Below, piece after piece: positions 38,993 to 53,935 of a stretch of DNA of 64,000 nucleotides (positions within the stretch are counted from its first letter, which is position 1; every line of letters begins with the position of its first letter). The position numbers were made by a program, and so were the translations under genes. The DNA is taken from NCBI GenBank assembly GCA_951406725.2, contig OX597814.1:57598001-57662000 (forward strand), in the 5' to 3' direction. The notes below the pieces were generated by a model. That model was not told the origin of the DNA. It did not search any database and worked only from the letters and a program-made list of their open reading frames with translations. This DNA comes from Octopus vulgaris. Lineage: Eukaryota.

Positions 38993-39575
38993 CAGTATCT
39001 CACAGAAGTATGTACACCCCTAAAAAATCTCAGTAAAATTGCCATTACTCTGATAATATTCCAGGATATCAAACGAAATTTATACTGAATAAAATATATT
39101 ATACATAAAAACATCATACAAATTTGAAACACAAAAATAAACATTTTTAAAGACATGAGCGAAATATTAGTTTTCAAACGTTACAAAAATATGTACACCG
39201 GAAAGGAAATTTGCTATATTCAATAGTTCATCCACTTTTTTAAAAATTAAATTCAGATATTGCTGATAATTTCATTCTAATAAATTATTTCTCCTGGTAT
39301 TTTTGCGCTGGTCATCATAACAATGCAGGAATCTGCAGGAATCCTGATTCGTGTCCTGTGGTGAAAATCTACTTCATTGTGATTAAAATGACACCAAAGG
39401 AAAAGAATTGTCTGAAGATTTGAGGAAAATTATTTTGGATTTGCTCATATTAGCGTAAACACAGTTGCCAAAGTAAGTAAGAAGTACAAAGCAACTGGAC
39501 GGCTAAGCAATAAACATCCTTCAGGTCGTCCTTCTCTTTTAACTATGCGTGATATTCACCACGTCCAACGTTGCA
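38993..39575 (+). mobile_element. Tc1 element left end with N-terminal DNA-binding domain relic
   Basis: TIR-like cagtatctcacagaagtatgtacacccct; GKELSEDLRK...ISVNTVAKVSKKYKATGRLSNKHPSGRPSLLT. Confidence 0.7.
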
Positions 39576-41509
39576 ATGATATAAAGTAACAAACAAAAAA
39601 TAAATTTTTCAAATTTATTTTCACGTGACTAATCACTTTCATATTCTCAGCCTTCAGTATTCTAGTCGAAGGTGACGAAATAGTACAGTCATTAAAGTGC
39701 TAGGTAAAATAGCTTGCGGTAGTAGTTCCGAATGAATGAAGTGGCGAATTAATATGTCCCCTATTATATGTATTAGGGAATTTGAGGATTTTCAAATATA
39801 ATAAGAAAAATATTGTTAGGCACACACCGAACTAATCATCTAACAGGTTCTCGAACTGATCATGTAACTTCAAGTCCCCCAACAACTGTCTTTTGAATAA
39901 AAAGTGATTTGAAATAGAACTGGTTACCGGCCAACACCTCGAACATAGATGGTACCACAAACACTAACTTTGGACTGATCGAAAACGTATTCGAGAACGA
40001 TATACAAAACAAAGTTCATTTGTTTTTCTGTCACCCTCACTGTATACCATATTACGTACTACATATTTCACCAAGCCTCCCACTTATCACTATAAACAGA
40101 CATGAGTACCGTCATGTTCGTTGGAAATCGTCTCATATATTAATATAATTTTATAGGTAGTACACTAGCTATATGCATCAAAGTAAATTCACCTGAATTT
40201 ACTTTTTCTTGATTATGTCTACAAAAAGTTCATATAAACATATATACATCGGCTTGTGCATGTTTGCGTCACTTATTTTCTAGTCGAATTATTATTCAGA
40301 AAATAGACTGAAATAATACTAAAGTCCTTTGATACGGTAAGTTCTGAAGTTGAACAAGGCAGACATGACAAAAGTTACTATTGTTTCAAACATCATCTGA
40401 TGTGTTAATATTATGCTGGAATGAGACAACAGACTATACTTGGAGTCATATTTGAGTTACAGTAGTTCAGGTATATTTTTGGCTGTATTGTTATAAATTT
40501 CTTTGAAGTTCGTGACCAGTGAAGAATATGATAATTTAAGTCAGCTCGTTTACATAGAACACTGCAAGAGACAATATTACATGTAATGTAAATATCCTTC
40601 GAACATCGACAGAAGGATTCCAAAAATATCTCTTTCTGAGAAAGATAGCCAGACAGTGACTTGCTGACAGATAGGCGAATAGCTGGATAAATGGGTAGAT
40701 AGATGCATAGATGGATAGATAGGTAGAGATGCATATATACGCAAGCGAAACTGATTGAATATGACTATAACACTGGGAATATTATATTATTGAAATGGAA
40801 TCTAAAGTAAAATAGAAATAAATAAATATTCTAGAGCTGTTATTTTTAACACCCTCGTATTGCAAAATATTTTCTTTTAAACTTTATATAAACTTTATTT
40901 CAATATAAGGTGCTGGAGTCATTTGCAGACTGTCAGTAATAATTTCATTTACTAAATGCTATAAAAACAAATTACTGTTTTCCCATTTTCTTTTAAAATA
41001 TTTGAGTAAATACATCACCATATCATTAGTAATGTGCTTGATTGTTAGATCATGGAATATTTTCGTATGCAGCACAGTATTATCACGACTTCATGTCTTA
41101 TCTAAAATTATATTTCCGCCATAAATACAAACGCTGTTGAGAAGATAAAAGGAAGTGAGTGTATAAACTCTTACTTTTACTTGGAGTAACTAGTGATGTG
41201 ACCATTTTCTTTTAAAGAGATAGAGTGAGCTATGAAAGAGATCTGATTGCTATTTCTAGCAAGTCGAGTGAACAAGTAGAAGCATCCTCGTTTCTGTCAA
41301 TTTTCGTCACAAAGTAGAAAAGTAGCACATCGTTCCATCGTTTAATGTTTCCAGCAGATGAAAGCTAATACGATTACAATAGTGTTAAATGGTGGAAGTG
41401 TTTCTCTCCCTAGAGAAGATAGAGATAAATTTGTCGAAAGTGTCTGAGTGGAGGTAGTATAAGAGCCACCATCTCCGAAGAGCAGACGCCATTGTAGTTA
41501 TACAAAAGC

Positions 41510-41672
<163 letters not shown>

Positions 41673-42577
41673 CGGCACAATTGTGCTTTAATCGTTCGAG
41701 TGTGTTGTGAATGACTTCCAGCCAATTAGTTGAATGACGCTTCTTTCTATACTGTATTGAATACGTGTGTTTCTAACCACAACACCACTACAACCGTTGT
41801 AGAAGCTGAGCTTTGTAGAATATTAATATTTGTTGTGGGAAGGCAATCAGCTGGCTGAATCGTTTGCATGCCGCGGATAAAATGCTTAGGAGAGGTTCTT
41901 AGGGACGATGAAGTCAAGCATTTTTAGCAACCTTCATAGTTTTAGTTGTGTTCTGTTTATGTTTAGTGGATAAAATGTGATGCTTTCATATGTACAGTGC
42001 ATGTGTATTTGTATAATTGAAAAATACAAAATTAGGGCGATCTCATTACACGTTGTTTCTGAGATCTCTATTCATGGATTCAATACATATATCGGTTGAG
42101 ATGTCTAAATTACATATGGATTGTGCTTAGATGGCGTGGAAGCTTAGTGGGAAATAAAAGAAGTCATCATTTGTATAGTTGAGGAAGAAGGCATGTTCTT
42201 AAAGTAAATTTAGCGCTATGCGTAGGACCAATGCGCACTTATGACCGTTGAAAGTTTTGTCTTGGCTCTGGATATAACTTACAGTGCCAGACTGTGTTAC
42301 GAGATGTCTATTGAATTACTGAGGTGAGGCTTCAGTAATGGATGATATGACTTGCTAAGGCCTCGCCAAGTTAACCTGTGTTTTATCGATTTAGCCAATC
42401 ACATCCTGTATATACAAGTTTTGATTTAGCCAACAAGTCTTGTAAATACTAATGCTATTTTTGAAGAAATAAGTGGTAAAATGCTTTCACAAATTTTCTC
42501 TCAGTTTTCCTTAGTGTTAATAACACTGTGTAACATAATTTTTCTTTTTCTTTTGTTTTTGGGCAGTAAGCATTATT

Positions 42578-43450
42578 TCACTTCAAGTCCGTTAGAGGAT
42601 AGATTAAACTTTATCTGTTACTAAAAATTTCGTAGCTTTCTGGCGAAGTGAGAAATTATTATTATTTACTTATATGATACAAACTGGAACTGTCTAGAGT
42701 GATTCTTTGGGGTTTGAAAAGATATAACAAAAGTGAAGCTTGAAAGAAATATTAGCCATTTTCCATACGCTCTAGGAGTTAGCAAATAGGAAATAACAGT
42801 TACTAACCAAGGACAAACATCGTGTTAAACAGTGTAATTAATAAAACAGAAAACATCGGATTTATAGGTGAAAAAAAAGAAGAACGGCAGGCTAAAATAT
42901 TTAAGCTCTTTGGATTGTTGTAAACATCTGACGTCATATGAATTCATTTCAATCGGGACCCGTAACTTCATGGTTACACAGTATCAATGTATATATAATG
43001 TGAAATTCATTCATATTAGTTTTGTCATGTTACTGCCCTTTTAATTCGCTTCCAACGTATTTATTGCAAATTGGACTTGTCCTTTCTCGTTCGTAACCCC
43101 CTTTTAACTACAGTGAAATCGCATAGGGCAAAACGTTCCCAACTATTTTTAATGCGAAATGTAAAAACATTGGAGTTGTTAAACTTATCACTTTTAAAGA
43201 AAGAAATGAGTTGGATCAACAAGAAGTCGAAACCAATTCGAGTTTGCATTATATAAGGAAGTAATAATTTCTCACTTCGTCACAAAGCCACAAAGTTTTT
43301 AGTTACAGATGTAGTTTAATCTATCCTTTAACGGACTTGGAGTGTATTCCACCGACGCTGGAAGGATGGAGGGCACAGTCAACTGCGAAGCAATTTGAAC
43401 TTAGAATGTAAAAACAACGTAATTAATAACTAAAAAATATTTGATGAAGC
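42578..43450. repeat. about 85-bp inverted duplication (42578-42662 and 43262-43344); the right copy is the tail of a degenerate SINE extending to about 43450
   Basis: aagtccgttagaggatagattaaact...cgaagtgagaaattatt versus aataatttctcacttcg...agtttaatctatcctttaacggactt. Confidence 0.7.
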
Positions 43451-46400
43451 ACTACTATTTCAGTTACACCACTTGTAAGTAATAAATCAATAATAATTAG
43501 ATATAAATGCGAGTACGAGATGTGGCAGAAAGTCTGCATTAGTGTACTTATTTCCTCTCTGCAACTAGTTTTGTCTCTTGAAGCATTGAGATTGACATTG
43601 CTTATTTCATCTACCTACGGGAAACTACATACTAGGGAGAAACAGTAACAGATTTATTTCTACTTCTAATATTGCCTTAACTGTAATCAATGTTGAAATC
43701 AATGAAAAGTATAATGTGGGCAACAAAGAAAAGAAAAGAAGAAATGCGTGAAGTATTTTTGTGGAGTATGTCACGAAAGTGAGCTGCAATAAAAATATGA
43801 ATGAAACTCCTTATAGTGTAAATTAGTTTCCTTCAGAATAATTCAGGGAAGAACTAAAGAAAACATTTACTCTTGTCAAACACTATAAAACGATTTCAAC
43901 AAAACCGTAATTTGTGATATTATAAATGACATGTTTATATTTGTATGTCTAACAGCTGTCAATTTTCTTTCGAAGTATCATATTAAATTTTATTTAAATC
44001 ACATTATTAATGTTTTTTAAATTTTTCATCTCATGTCTTAATCAATCTTATCTGGAGTGTGCAATGGTAAACTTTATTTATTATCTTTTTTGTTTGAACA
44101 AAATAAAATGAAATAAAGCTGTACCTTTGCACTGTTCCAATAATTTAATTACCACCACTATGAATGTTTACTCTGTGAGATTCCCAACAATTTGATGAAT
44201 ATTGTCATTATTACCAGAAATTTCAGCTACTCAGAGACTAAAATCATAATAAATACAAAACGTAGAGGCCGTCTGCTCATAAATATAAAAGATAGAACAA
44301 ACACATTACGACATTCATAACACGTTAATGTGTGCATAACACAAAAGTTTAAACGGGTCCCATGAGATTTTATGTGTTGGCGGCTAGCTTCCGTTTCATG
44401 ACTTAAAGCAAATGAAAAATGTATCTCCCACGGAATAAAATATTGATTTACATCAAGTAATAACCCTATTTTTGAAAAACCTTTCTTTCTATTAGCAAGA
44501 TGGACTGACGTAATATAGAACAAATTGCTTTGTCCAAAAACAGCAAGAACAAAGACAACCGCAACAACGGCAAAAACAACCAAAACAACAGCATCAACAA
44601 CAATAGGAGCAAATTTGAAGTTAGAACTTATGAATAGATAGCTCGATCCTACCTTATCCATTCAGTCACCTCACCAGTGTGTTGCCTGAAGCAGCGATGC
44701 TAGAGTTGAAACATGGCTATTGTGTTAGAACTCCTACCATAATTCGTAACGAAAGCAATGTTTGTACACAGCTCATTTTGCACTGAGGTATCTTTGTTAT
44801 TAAGTGCTGTGCCTACGTATTTCCTTTCATAATGGAATCGAGCCAGTATATCTGAATGAATTGGTTAAACAAACTGTGTCGAAGTTTCGATGAAACAGAA
44901 TCAGCTATCTGTAACAAAATTAGTTGACATAATCTTAGTTATGAAGGTTTATTTGTACCTCGCCTTATAAAACTGAGTGTAGTCTAACAATGAAGAATCA
45001 CGAACCAGCGAAAGAAATTTTACGTTATCGGTTGACTTGCTAGAAATAGTTGAGTGAATGTCCTTCAAAACCCTTACAACTGTATCAAAAATGGAAAGAA
45101 AGATTCAATCTTGAAGTATTAGATACAATGCCTGAATAAAAGACAGATTAATTACTACAGGAATAACATTGTACGCAATCTGCTGAATGAGGTTTGAGCT
45201 AAGGTTAAACTCAACAAAGAATGAGACAAAAATTGTTGTACTCGATATTTGAATATTATGCTTGAAAAAAGAAAGAATTGTTACGACTGGGTCTAAACAA
45301 GAACAGTTGCGCGTATTTCAAATTTCAATTATTCTTTGTTATCATTAAATGACAGGATTAATGTCAATAGCAAGTAGTTCAGTTAATTTAGTGATTAAAA
45401 TTAGATTTCATTATAACGCGGAATGGAAGAGAAAAAACTATATAATGTCAGTTCCAGTTCTTCAGATTATATGATGTGGAGTTTTGGAAAAGGTATGACA
45501 AAAACTATAGATGGAAGATGCAAGAACAGAACAATAATCATTTGAGTGTTGCAATTTCTGAAAAGTACCACTTGTTACGTTGGTAGTAGGAGGAAACAAA
45601 AGAAGAGATTAAAAAATATCTTTTTATTAAAGAATAACAGATAAAAGTTACGCATATTTGATCGACCGACTTATAACTTATTCTGAATGCACTCCAAGGA
45701 ATAGATACGCGCCAGCTCATATATGAACGAAAGATATACTTTGGAAGGTATGTTTGATTCAACTACTTACTGATGAAATAGTTCTTAGTTCACTTTGATT
45801 ACTTAATTCGTCTGCATTGACCACTGGTATGAGAAGTTTTTAAAAAAAATTTAGTGATGCGTTCTTACCCCTGGTCAACGGGGATCAAAGAGCTCAAAGA
45901 TAAAGTGTTCCAGCCATGACTGTCGTATCTTTTTTTCGTTTTCTTAATTTTTTTTTATAGGTATCAGATATCTAATATTACATTAGCCAATGAATTGCTA
46001 AATATCTTTTTAAAGATAGTAAAGGTAAATTTGACTACTATTTCTTGTAGGTCGAGCGACCAGACAGAGGCTTCTTTGTTGACAGTGTGCCAGTATATAC
46101 CAATATTATACAGATTCTCCTGAATACACAGGAAGAGTCTCCTGGCAACATATTCCCTACACATATTCCATACACAATTAGCAACAAACTTGAATGCGTT
46201 ATATGGATCTCAATCTTGACTACAGAAATTTCCATGAGATATGGCATGGCGGAATCCCGGATAACAAGAATGATTGTCGTGTGAACTTTGTGGAATGAAC
46301 AAAGGCCGAGAAAGTAAAGAAGAATAAAACCACTTGATGCTGTAATTATTATTGTGATTTAGTCCTAAATGTAGCATGACCAAGCATGCTACATCGAAAT

Positions 46401-49400
46401 ATTTCCAGTCAACACTATACTTCTCTTTAGTCAAGAGGAATTTGCCACCACAGTATTCAATGTGTCGTTTCTTTTTACAAAGGAAGCTTGTTCGCTGTGT
46501 CGAGTGATAAACAGGCTCATTGTTTTGTTTAAGCCACTGTCAGATATATCCGTTGTAACAGATTAAACCATGAAAAATGAATGAATTTTCAGGTTGTAGA
46601 ATGACTACAATCCAGATTGACAATCTTAAATGTATCATCTATCTCTAGACTGTATCTTTGCCTGCTCTTAACCAAGTGGTTTCTCAAGTTACACACTGAC
46701 CAGAAAATCAACACAGAAATAGGCTCACATTGAAATCATGCATTATAATGCATTGATATTTTACGAACACTACGTCTCCTTTCTAATATATTAATGCACT
46801 ATCCATATACATAAGAATAACAGTAATATCCATAGTCAAGCTACTTTTAAAATATTTTCTACTTTCTATGAGTCTAAGACAGTAAAATCCATCATTATCT
46901 GCTTCAGTTTGCTCGTCTTTGATGTAGCAGTAGCAGAGTTAAGAAAAGACTGATGTTGCAGATTACCCGTGGCTGTCAGATCAGAACATTTCGATGAGTG
47001 TGATTTATGAATAAACTAATTTACTAAAATGGTGCTGACGTTGCAGATTTAATCAAAATACCCGGCAATGACGTATGTAACTTGAAAAGAAACATTTTTA
47101 ATGATTTGCAAATTTGCTGAATACCAATGTCTAAATTTACGTCAATTAACTTTAGTTAAAACCTGGAATTTAGAGTCTCTAACTCTGGTGATATGCAACA
47201 ATCTTATTCTCTGTTGAATAATATATATCACACAGCTTACTTAGAATAGAAACTCAAATCTAAATTTGATGTGGAAAATCTCACAGAAACTTCTGATAAT
47301 CGCTTTAGTTTTATGTAACTCTTACATACTTTCCTAAAAGTCTTTATCATTGATAATCATATTGTCATAAAGTTTTCAGGCTAGAAATTTTAAATCAGTT
47401 AATGAAGTCTAAAAGTTGAAAGATTCTGACACTGAGTGTTAAATACCGTAAATTAGATAACTTTCCCTGTATAATTCATTTAGTAACTTCGTAAATGGTT
47501 TCAAGACAACAAACTGATACAGATTATGATACGGTAGATTTTATGTAACACGAAAAGCTCAACGCGTCTCCAGCTGAGTATATAGATAAGTGTGAGAATA
47601 AGTGAATCGAAAATAATAAAAGACTGTGATTGTAGCAGATATTGTGGCTTATTAGATTGTATTTTGTGTACGCTAATAACTGCTATGAAAATGACATCTT
47701 CATTCAGTCATCCTTCCACTCAGAGACGTTATCCAAACGCTATCCAGGTATTCCACTCACCACATTTGCATAACTACTATTAGCAGGTACTTCGTAAACA
47801 TTCTTCCATAGGAATATGACAATCTAGGCTACCTCAGTAGCATTAAGTCACAATCATTCTATGCAACAAGCGAACACTTTTGAAACACAACAGCTTACAA
47901 CAACCCAAGAACACACAGCTAATAACCCATCAAATTAAATATAAATTCTCATGGCATATTTTCCATATGTTTCAGTCCATCTTGTTGCAGGCGTAGAACC
48001 ATGCATCGATACAATACTTCTCAGTAACTGTCTGAGTATGGTCATATAGATATTATTTAAAAAAAATAATTGTCGTGCTGAGCTAGCTTAAAGCCAACCA
48101 GAAGAAGGATCCAACCCGAAACACACACATGCGTACACTTGTGTGTGCGTACTTGCATGTCCTACGTGTTTGTGTGCGTTTGTGCGTGCGTATGTATGTG
48201 TGGTCTGTGTGTATGTGTATGTGTCTGTGTGTATTTATTTATTTTATGTAATATAATTTTACTTTATATGAATTCTTCCAACAGTCAAAAACATTTTTCG
48301 TAGTAGATACTGATTTTCTTTTATAGTTCTAGTAAATTCATTCTGCTCTCTACTATTAATTAAGTTGCACTTAACAAACATCATAAACTGAGATACAATT
48401 CTATCTTGGTTGGATACATACAACAACAAGCAGTCATTAAACTAAGATGAATGAGAAAGATACTTCCTTATGCTTGTGACAGGAGCACTGGACAATAAAA
48501 TGGAGACAGTGGTCCAGAATTTATTACTTATAAATCTCCTCTACTTTATTTAACTGAATACAAAATTTAGTTGAAGCATTCTGGCTTTGAAAACAATAGT
48601 ATGGCGGTTACATGCTTTGTATCTATGGCAATTTAGTCTGTAAAAGGAAGGATCCCTTAAAATGTATGCTGCAATGTACAGCGCTTGCGTTGTGCCAAAT
48701 TTTTCGAAACAGGTGTACGCTAAATAAATCGTTGATAATGCATCTTCAATCTTTATATTTTTCTTCTGACTCCTTTTCTCCCCCTCTCTTTTCCTCTCTA
48801 TATAATGTAGATTATGTTCCACTACATTGGAAGAGGTCACATGTAATTAGCAGTTGCCCAAAGATGTCATTATGGCACTACTTCATAGTGCGACACTAAA
48901 GCAATATACAATGCCAGCCAAAAGACTTTCCTGAGATTAATATAGAGACTCCACCGCGCCATCATTGAATAGATACATAAACACGAGCACAAGGAATATT
49001 GGTGAAACATTCCCATTAAAATTTCTACACGCATTTTGCTGCTGTTTTGAACAGGCAAAAAAAATATGCATCGTCATAGAGGTCAACTGCCTTGCTGATG
49101 AAAATGTCTCTTCCAAAACCCTAGAGAAACAGGATAACAATGGACAACAGTCTCGAAACCTCCAGATTATAAATTCACATTTGTACCAATAATTAATGTA
49201 TTTCGTTTTGTGAGTAAATCTCGAAGTAATAATCTGGTTAACCTGGAGTTTTCAGAAAAAGAAATAACTGGCTAACTCGAGCATTATTAATACAATCTAT
49301 GAGCGAAACAGTAAAAGTTTTGTGAAACTTTTCTCAAGTTCAAACTGTGAATTTGTTTTTGTTACCTATATTCCTAATATGGAGTTATGTATTCTTGTTA

Positions 49401-49474
49401 GAAAGCAACTCTTTCCTTACATAAATATTTCAAATATTCAAAAATAGGGAAGAGTTTATATATATATATATATA

Positions 49475-50135
49475 TGACAAATAAGAGTGCAAAATAACAC
49501 ATGAAATTGCAAGAAAAAGAGCTAAAAATATATCTCGAATAGTCACACAAAATCCACCAGCCTCATGAGATATACAGGAACTGCGAGCTGCAAGCCACAA
49601 CATCTTCGGCGAGATAAACTCACAGAATGAAGTAGTTTGATAAAACCCTATCATATGATTTAGAAATTTAACCAACATGGTCTTGCTTCTCCTCAGGGGT
49701 TTCCACAATTTACTCCGGGTTAAAGAGGTAGCTTGCTTCCTATTTGCTCATGAAAGAAAAAACCGTTGAACAGCTGGTGCTAAAATTCAAAACAGTTAAA
49801 GTGTATATAGATACACAATGGTAAATTAATATATCATGATATAGTAAATACATTACAATATACGCGGCTATAGCAATTAAAACCAAAAAGGCAAAATTCA
49901 TATATAAGGTTGCACAATAGCACCTGCAATTTCTAGAAATGAGAGCTAAAAATATAACTCGAATAGCCATACAAAACGACCAACCTGAAGTTGTTGATTT
50001 TGTGTGGCTATTCGAGTTATATTTTTAGATCTTATTTCTAGTAACTGCAGATGCTGTTCTGCACTCTTACTTATGAATTTTGCGTTTTTGGTTATAATTG
50101 GTATAACCACCTATATATAATGTATTTAGTATATT
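49475..50135. repeat. palindrome (about 49835-50135, centre about 49986) plus an upstream partial direct copy (49475-49565)
   Basis: gagctaaaaatata.ctcgaatag.ca.acaaaa occurs twice on + and once inverted. Confidence 0.8.
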
Positions 50136-50194
50136 AATTGACTATTATAATATCTCATTGTATTTTAATATATATATATATATATATATGTATA

Positions 50195-50670
50195 ACAGTC
50201 ATCAACTAAACTTGACTAAGTGTGTGAATAACGCCTACATTGCTTGAAATAGGAGCTAAAATGCACATAACATATACTCTGATAGGGGTTGCAATCACCC
50301 CGAACACCGATGTATAACGTCGCAAACCTCTGTTTTTTTATTAATACTTTTTATACACTTTAGCAACCTGCTAAATCATCCACACCTTTTCATGGTGAAT
50401 ATATATACTCTGATAGACGAGCTAACCAGAATCAATGAACGAGCTGGCCTTATTGAAGATAGCAACGGAAATTGCCGATACTGGCCGGTCAGTCTAATGA
50501 ATTCTCATTTCGGTGTTCAGAGAATATGTTATGCGCTTTTTAGCAGCATTGGAACATGTAGCCCCTATTTCTAGCAATGTAGGTGTTATTCACACTCATA
50601 GTCAAGTTTAGTTGACAACTATAATTTTCCCTTACGGTATTACGTTGCAAACCGCTGTTTTTATTAATTT
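50195..50670. repeat. fold-back element (about 65-bp arms) with an internal hammerhead-like relic and a short direct repeat
   Basis: tcaactaaacttgacta...cctacattgct.gaaatagg versus cctatttctagcaatgtagg...tagtcaagtttagttga; ttgaaga..gcaa/ttgc..gata ctggccgg tc at about 50453-50491. Confidence 0.7.
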
Positions 50671-50679
50671 ATATTTATA

Positions 50680-51196
50680 CTAGCAGTATCGCCCGGCGTT
50701 GCTCGGGTTTGTAAGGGAAATAACTATATAAGCATTTTTAGAGAGTTACTTCCTTTATAGATGCCAATTCGGGCTTTCTTAGCCATTTCTGTTTTGGTGT
50801 CTTCAAGCCATGAAGTCGTTGTTCTAAAAGAACGCTGGTCTCCTTGACAACGCATTACGACGTTGATTTCCTTACACTCCCTTCCCCACAGCTTCACGAG
50901 GGAGGGAAGAAGGGGGAGAAGCAAACACAGGTGCAGGTGTTTGAGCGTGGACGCCAACTCCGCCGCCATCGACACACGAAAAATTATGCATTAAAATGGA
51001 ATAAAAAATGATGTTAAATTATTTTTAAAATTGTAGACTCATCGTAGACGCGCGCTAATAGCCAGACGGGCTTGATATTAATCACGACTATAAGATACCC
51101 GAATTTGGTTAAACTGCACCGCAAAATGTGGGAGGAGTTAGGAATCTAAATCGTAGGAGACAGACACTCACACAACTACAGTTTTATATATATAGA
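50680..51196 (-). mobile_element. non-autonomous Helitron
   Basis: minus strand A|TCTATATATATAAAAC start; subterminal hairpin cccgagcaacgccggg followed by CTAG|T; inserted at AT with no TSD. Confidence 0.85.
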
Positions 51197-51743
51197 TATA
51201 TATTCTTTCCTATTTTTGATGTGTGTTTTATGTATATGTTTGAGTGTACGTATATCAATAATTTCTTGATTAATCTTTTGCCTTTGGCTTACGAACTTCT
51301 CAGCTTCAAAATGTCTGTAACATATCATACCTAGAAGATATTTAACCCAATATCAAATTACAAATAGCCTGTTGTATGTAAAATGTGGCGGGTTCGCGAG
51401 AAACACTAGGTAGTTATGGTGTATATGCAATTAGCTGAATGACATATACACTATTCATACACCATTTTGCATCTGTTTAGGTAGCAAACTCTTTAGGTCT
51501 ATAGAGGAATTTAGAAAAAAACATTGATTTAATGATAGTGTAGATATTAAAATATAAAAAAGGAAACTATTCTTTTAAACTGATCGAAAATATAACTATA
51601 AATGTAGGTAGCGGATACAGAAATACAATACCTAGGAAAGAGACACACATATACATGCTCATGCACGCGCATACATACATAAATACATACATACTTACAT
51701 ACATACATACATACATACATACATTTATACATATATATATACA

Positions 51744-51812
<69 letters not shown>

Positions 51813-51870
51813 GTATACACATTTATATATATATACATATATGTAATATATGAACTTATCTATCTGTTTG

Positions 51871-51906
<36 letters not shown>

Positions 51907-52608
51907 CCTGTCTGTCTGTCTATCTGTCTATCTATTTATCTATTTATGAATAGACACACATACACACATATATAAAAAGTGACATATTCTCAAGCATACG
52001 CACACATATACCTATTTATATATTTAAATGATGTTATATTTATACACACATAAATTTATACATACATATGTATATTTATATATTTATAGATATGCAAGCA
52101 TACATACACTTATATATATATATATACTGATACATACCACAGTCTCAAAACGCAAAAATTTCTAATTTATTTGTACTTAAATTTATTCAATTTTCCCAGT
52201 TTTTAAATTTGCCACATTACCTAAGTATGCATAGTTCCACGCGCACACATACATAGAAACATATGAATGTGAACATATTTGGTTCCTATATTAAATATAT
52301 ATTTTATTTCATATTTCAGACCTCATGTGAACACGGCTAGAAATATTCCATTTCTAATTCTTATCCATATTTTTAATCATTTCCTTTAATATTCTCTCAT
52401 TTTTATTCTTGGTCCTTCATGCTATATTTTACACATTAGCATCAATATTGAACATTTTACATAATTTGTTTTTAACCGCTCAGTGCCATACAACTTATCA
52501 ATCCTTCCACACCCATCATGTTCCTTGGTTCTCTGGAAGGATTTGGTAACATTCCCGGTGCGAAAAGGTTTCTAAAGCCCTCGATGGATTTCATTATATA
52601 AACCCTTC

Positions 52609-52858
52609 AAGGCGCGTAACTTAGTGGATAGGGTATTCGGCTCACGATGATAAGATTGTGATTTCGATTCCCGGCAACGTGTTGTGTCCTTGTGCAAGAC
52701 ACTTTATTTCACGTTGCTTCAGTCCACTCAGCTGGCAGAAGTGAGTAATATCTGTATGTCAAAGGGCCGACCTTGTCACATCCCGTATCACATTGAATCT
52801 CTTTGAGCCCTATGTTAAGGGTTCGCGTGTCTGTTGAGTGCTCACTCACTTGCACGAC
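52609..52858 (+). mobile_element. SINE family 2 (tRNA head plus CORE-like domain), 3'-truncated
   Basis: ggcgcgtaacttagtggatagg...ttcgattccc...gtgtccttgtgcaagacactttatttcacgttgc. Confidence 0.75.
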
Positions 52859-53472
52859 AAACATTTTTCTCTCTATGGAGCATTAACTATCGTCAAGTTT
52901 TCTTCACTGTTCTTTACTTAGGGATGTCTTTTCTGTTGGATCCCTGCACTACCTGAACCATTTTCCCGTTTCATAGGGAAGGTCTTCTCTCCCAAGTCTT
53001 GTTGGCGTTGAATTGTCATCGACATAAGGTGGGGAACATGGTGTGCAGAAGGTGCAAGTGGACCTCTAAATTTCTTCTGGGATGGGCAATGAAAACGTTT
53101 TGAATATCCTCCTAAAAAGTTGAGTTTGTACTGAAAAGCTGGGTAAGCAAATTTCGTTCCCGCACTTATGCTCATCTATACTCCTGTAATAGGTAACAGG
53201 CCTACGCAAACTCATTTTTACCCCTGGAAAGAGGTGATCCATATTAGTCTGACCTCTATCCTTTGATTTGTCCTGCATGGGAAGCTTCACCAAAAGCTTT
53301 CACTTCACTGGCATATTTTCAGGATTCTAGAGACACACGTCATCACACTGCAACAAGGACTGGGCCTTGTGACAGAACCCCACACTGAACCAATGAATCC
53401 CTCCTTATTTCTTGGAGGAAGTCGATACTGGAATTGGTTCTCAAAGCGCATCATAAGTAATTATGAGAGAGT

Positions 53473-53506
<34 letters not shown>

Positions 53507-53747
53507 GAGAGAGAAAAAGAGAGAGATAGAGAGGGAGGGAGGGAGGGGAGAGATATAACGAGAGAGAGAGAACGGAAGAAGAATAAGAGAGAAACCAACT
53601 CTGGAAATTTATTTACCAGTCCATCTTGGAAGGATGAAAAGTAAAGTTAATCACAACATGATTGGAACGCTCTGTACATAATTATGCAATTCATATAACT
53701 ATAAAGGATTTTCACTAAGCATGAACAGATATAACTTGAAATAACTG

Positions 53748-53935
53748 TTCCAAATTTTGGCGCAAGGTCAGCAATTTTAAGGGAAATGAAGCGTCAATTA
53801 CATCTTCCAGTAATCGATGAAAGAATGAAAGCAAAATCAACCTCGGTGGAATTTGAACCCAGAACGTAAAGAGCCGGAGAAATGCCGCTATGCATTTTCT
53901 CCGACTCGCTAACGATTCTACCAACTCGCGACCTT
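53748..53935 (-). mobile_element. SINE family 1 (tail C)
   Basis: ttccaaattttggcgcaagg...cggtggaatttgaacccagaacg...gctaacgattctaccaactcg. Confidence 0.75.

Noticed and set aside
46038-46247. GNMLPGDSS resembling the RT QGD motif
   Set aside because: No other RT motifs in register; the ORF partly overlaps an old repeat
52918-53400. GC-richer segment, possibly a LINE endonuclease relic
   Set aside because: Only vague similarity; no motif could be supported
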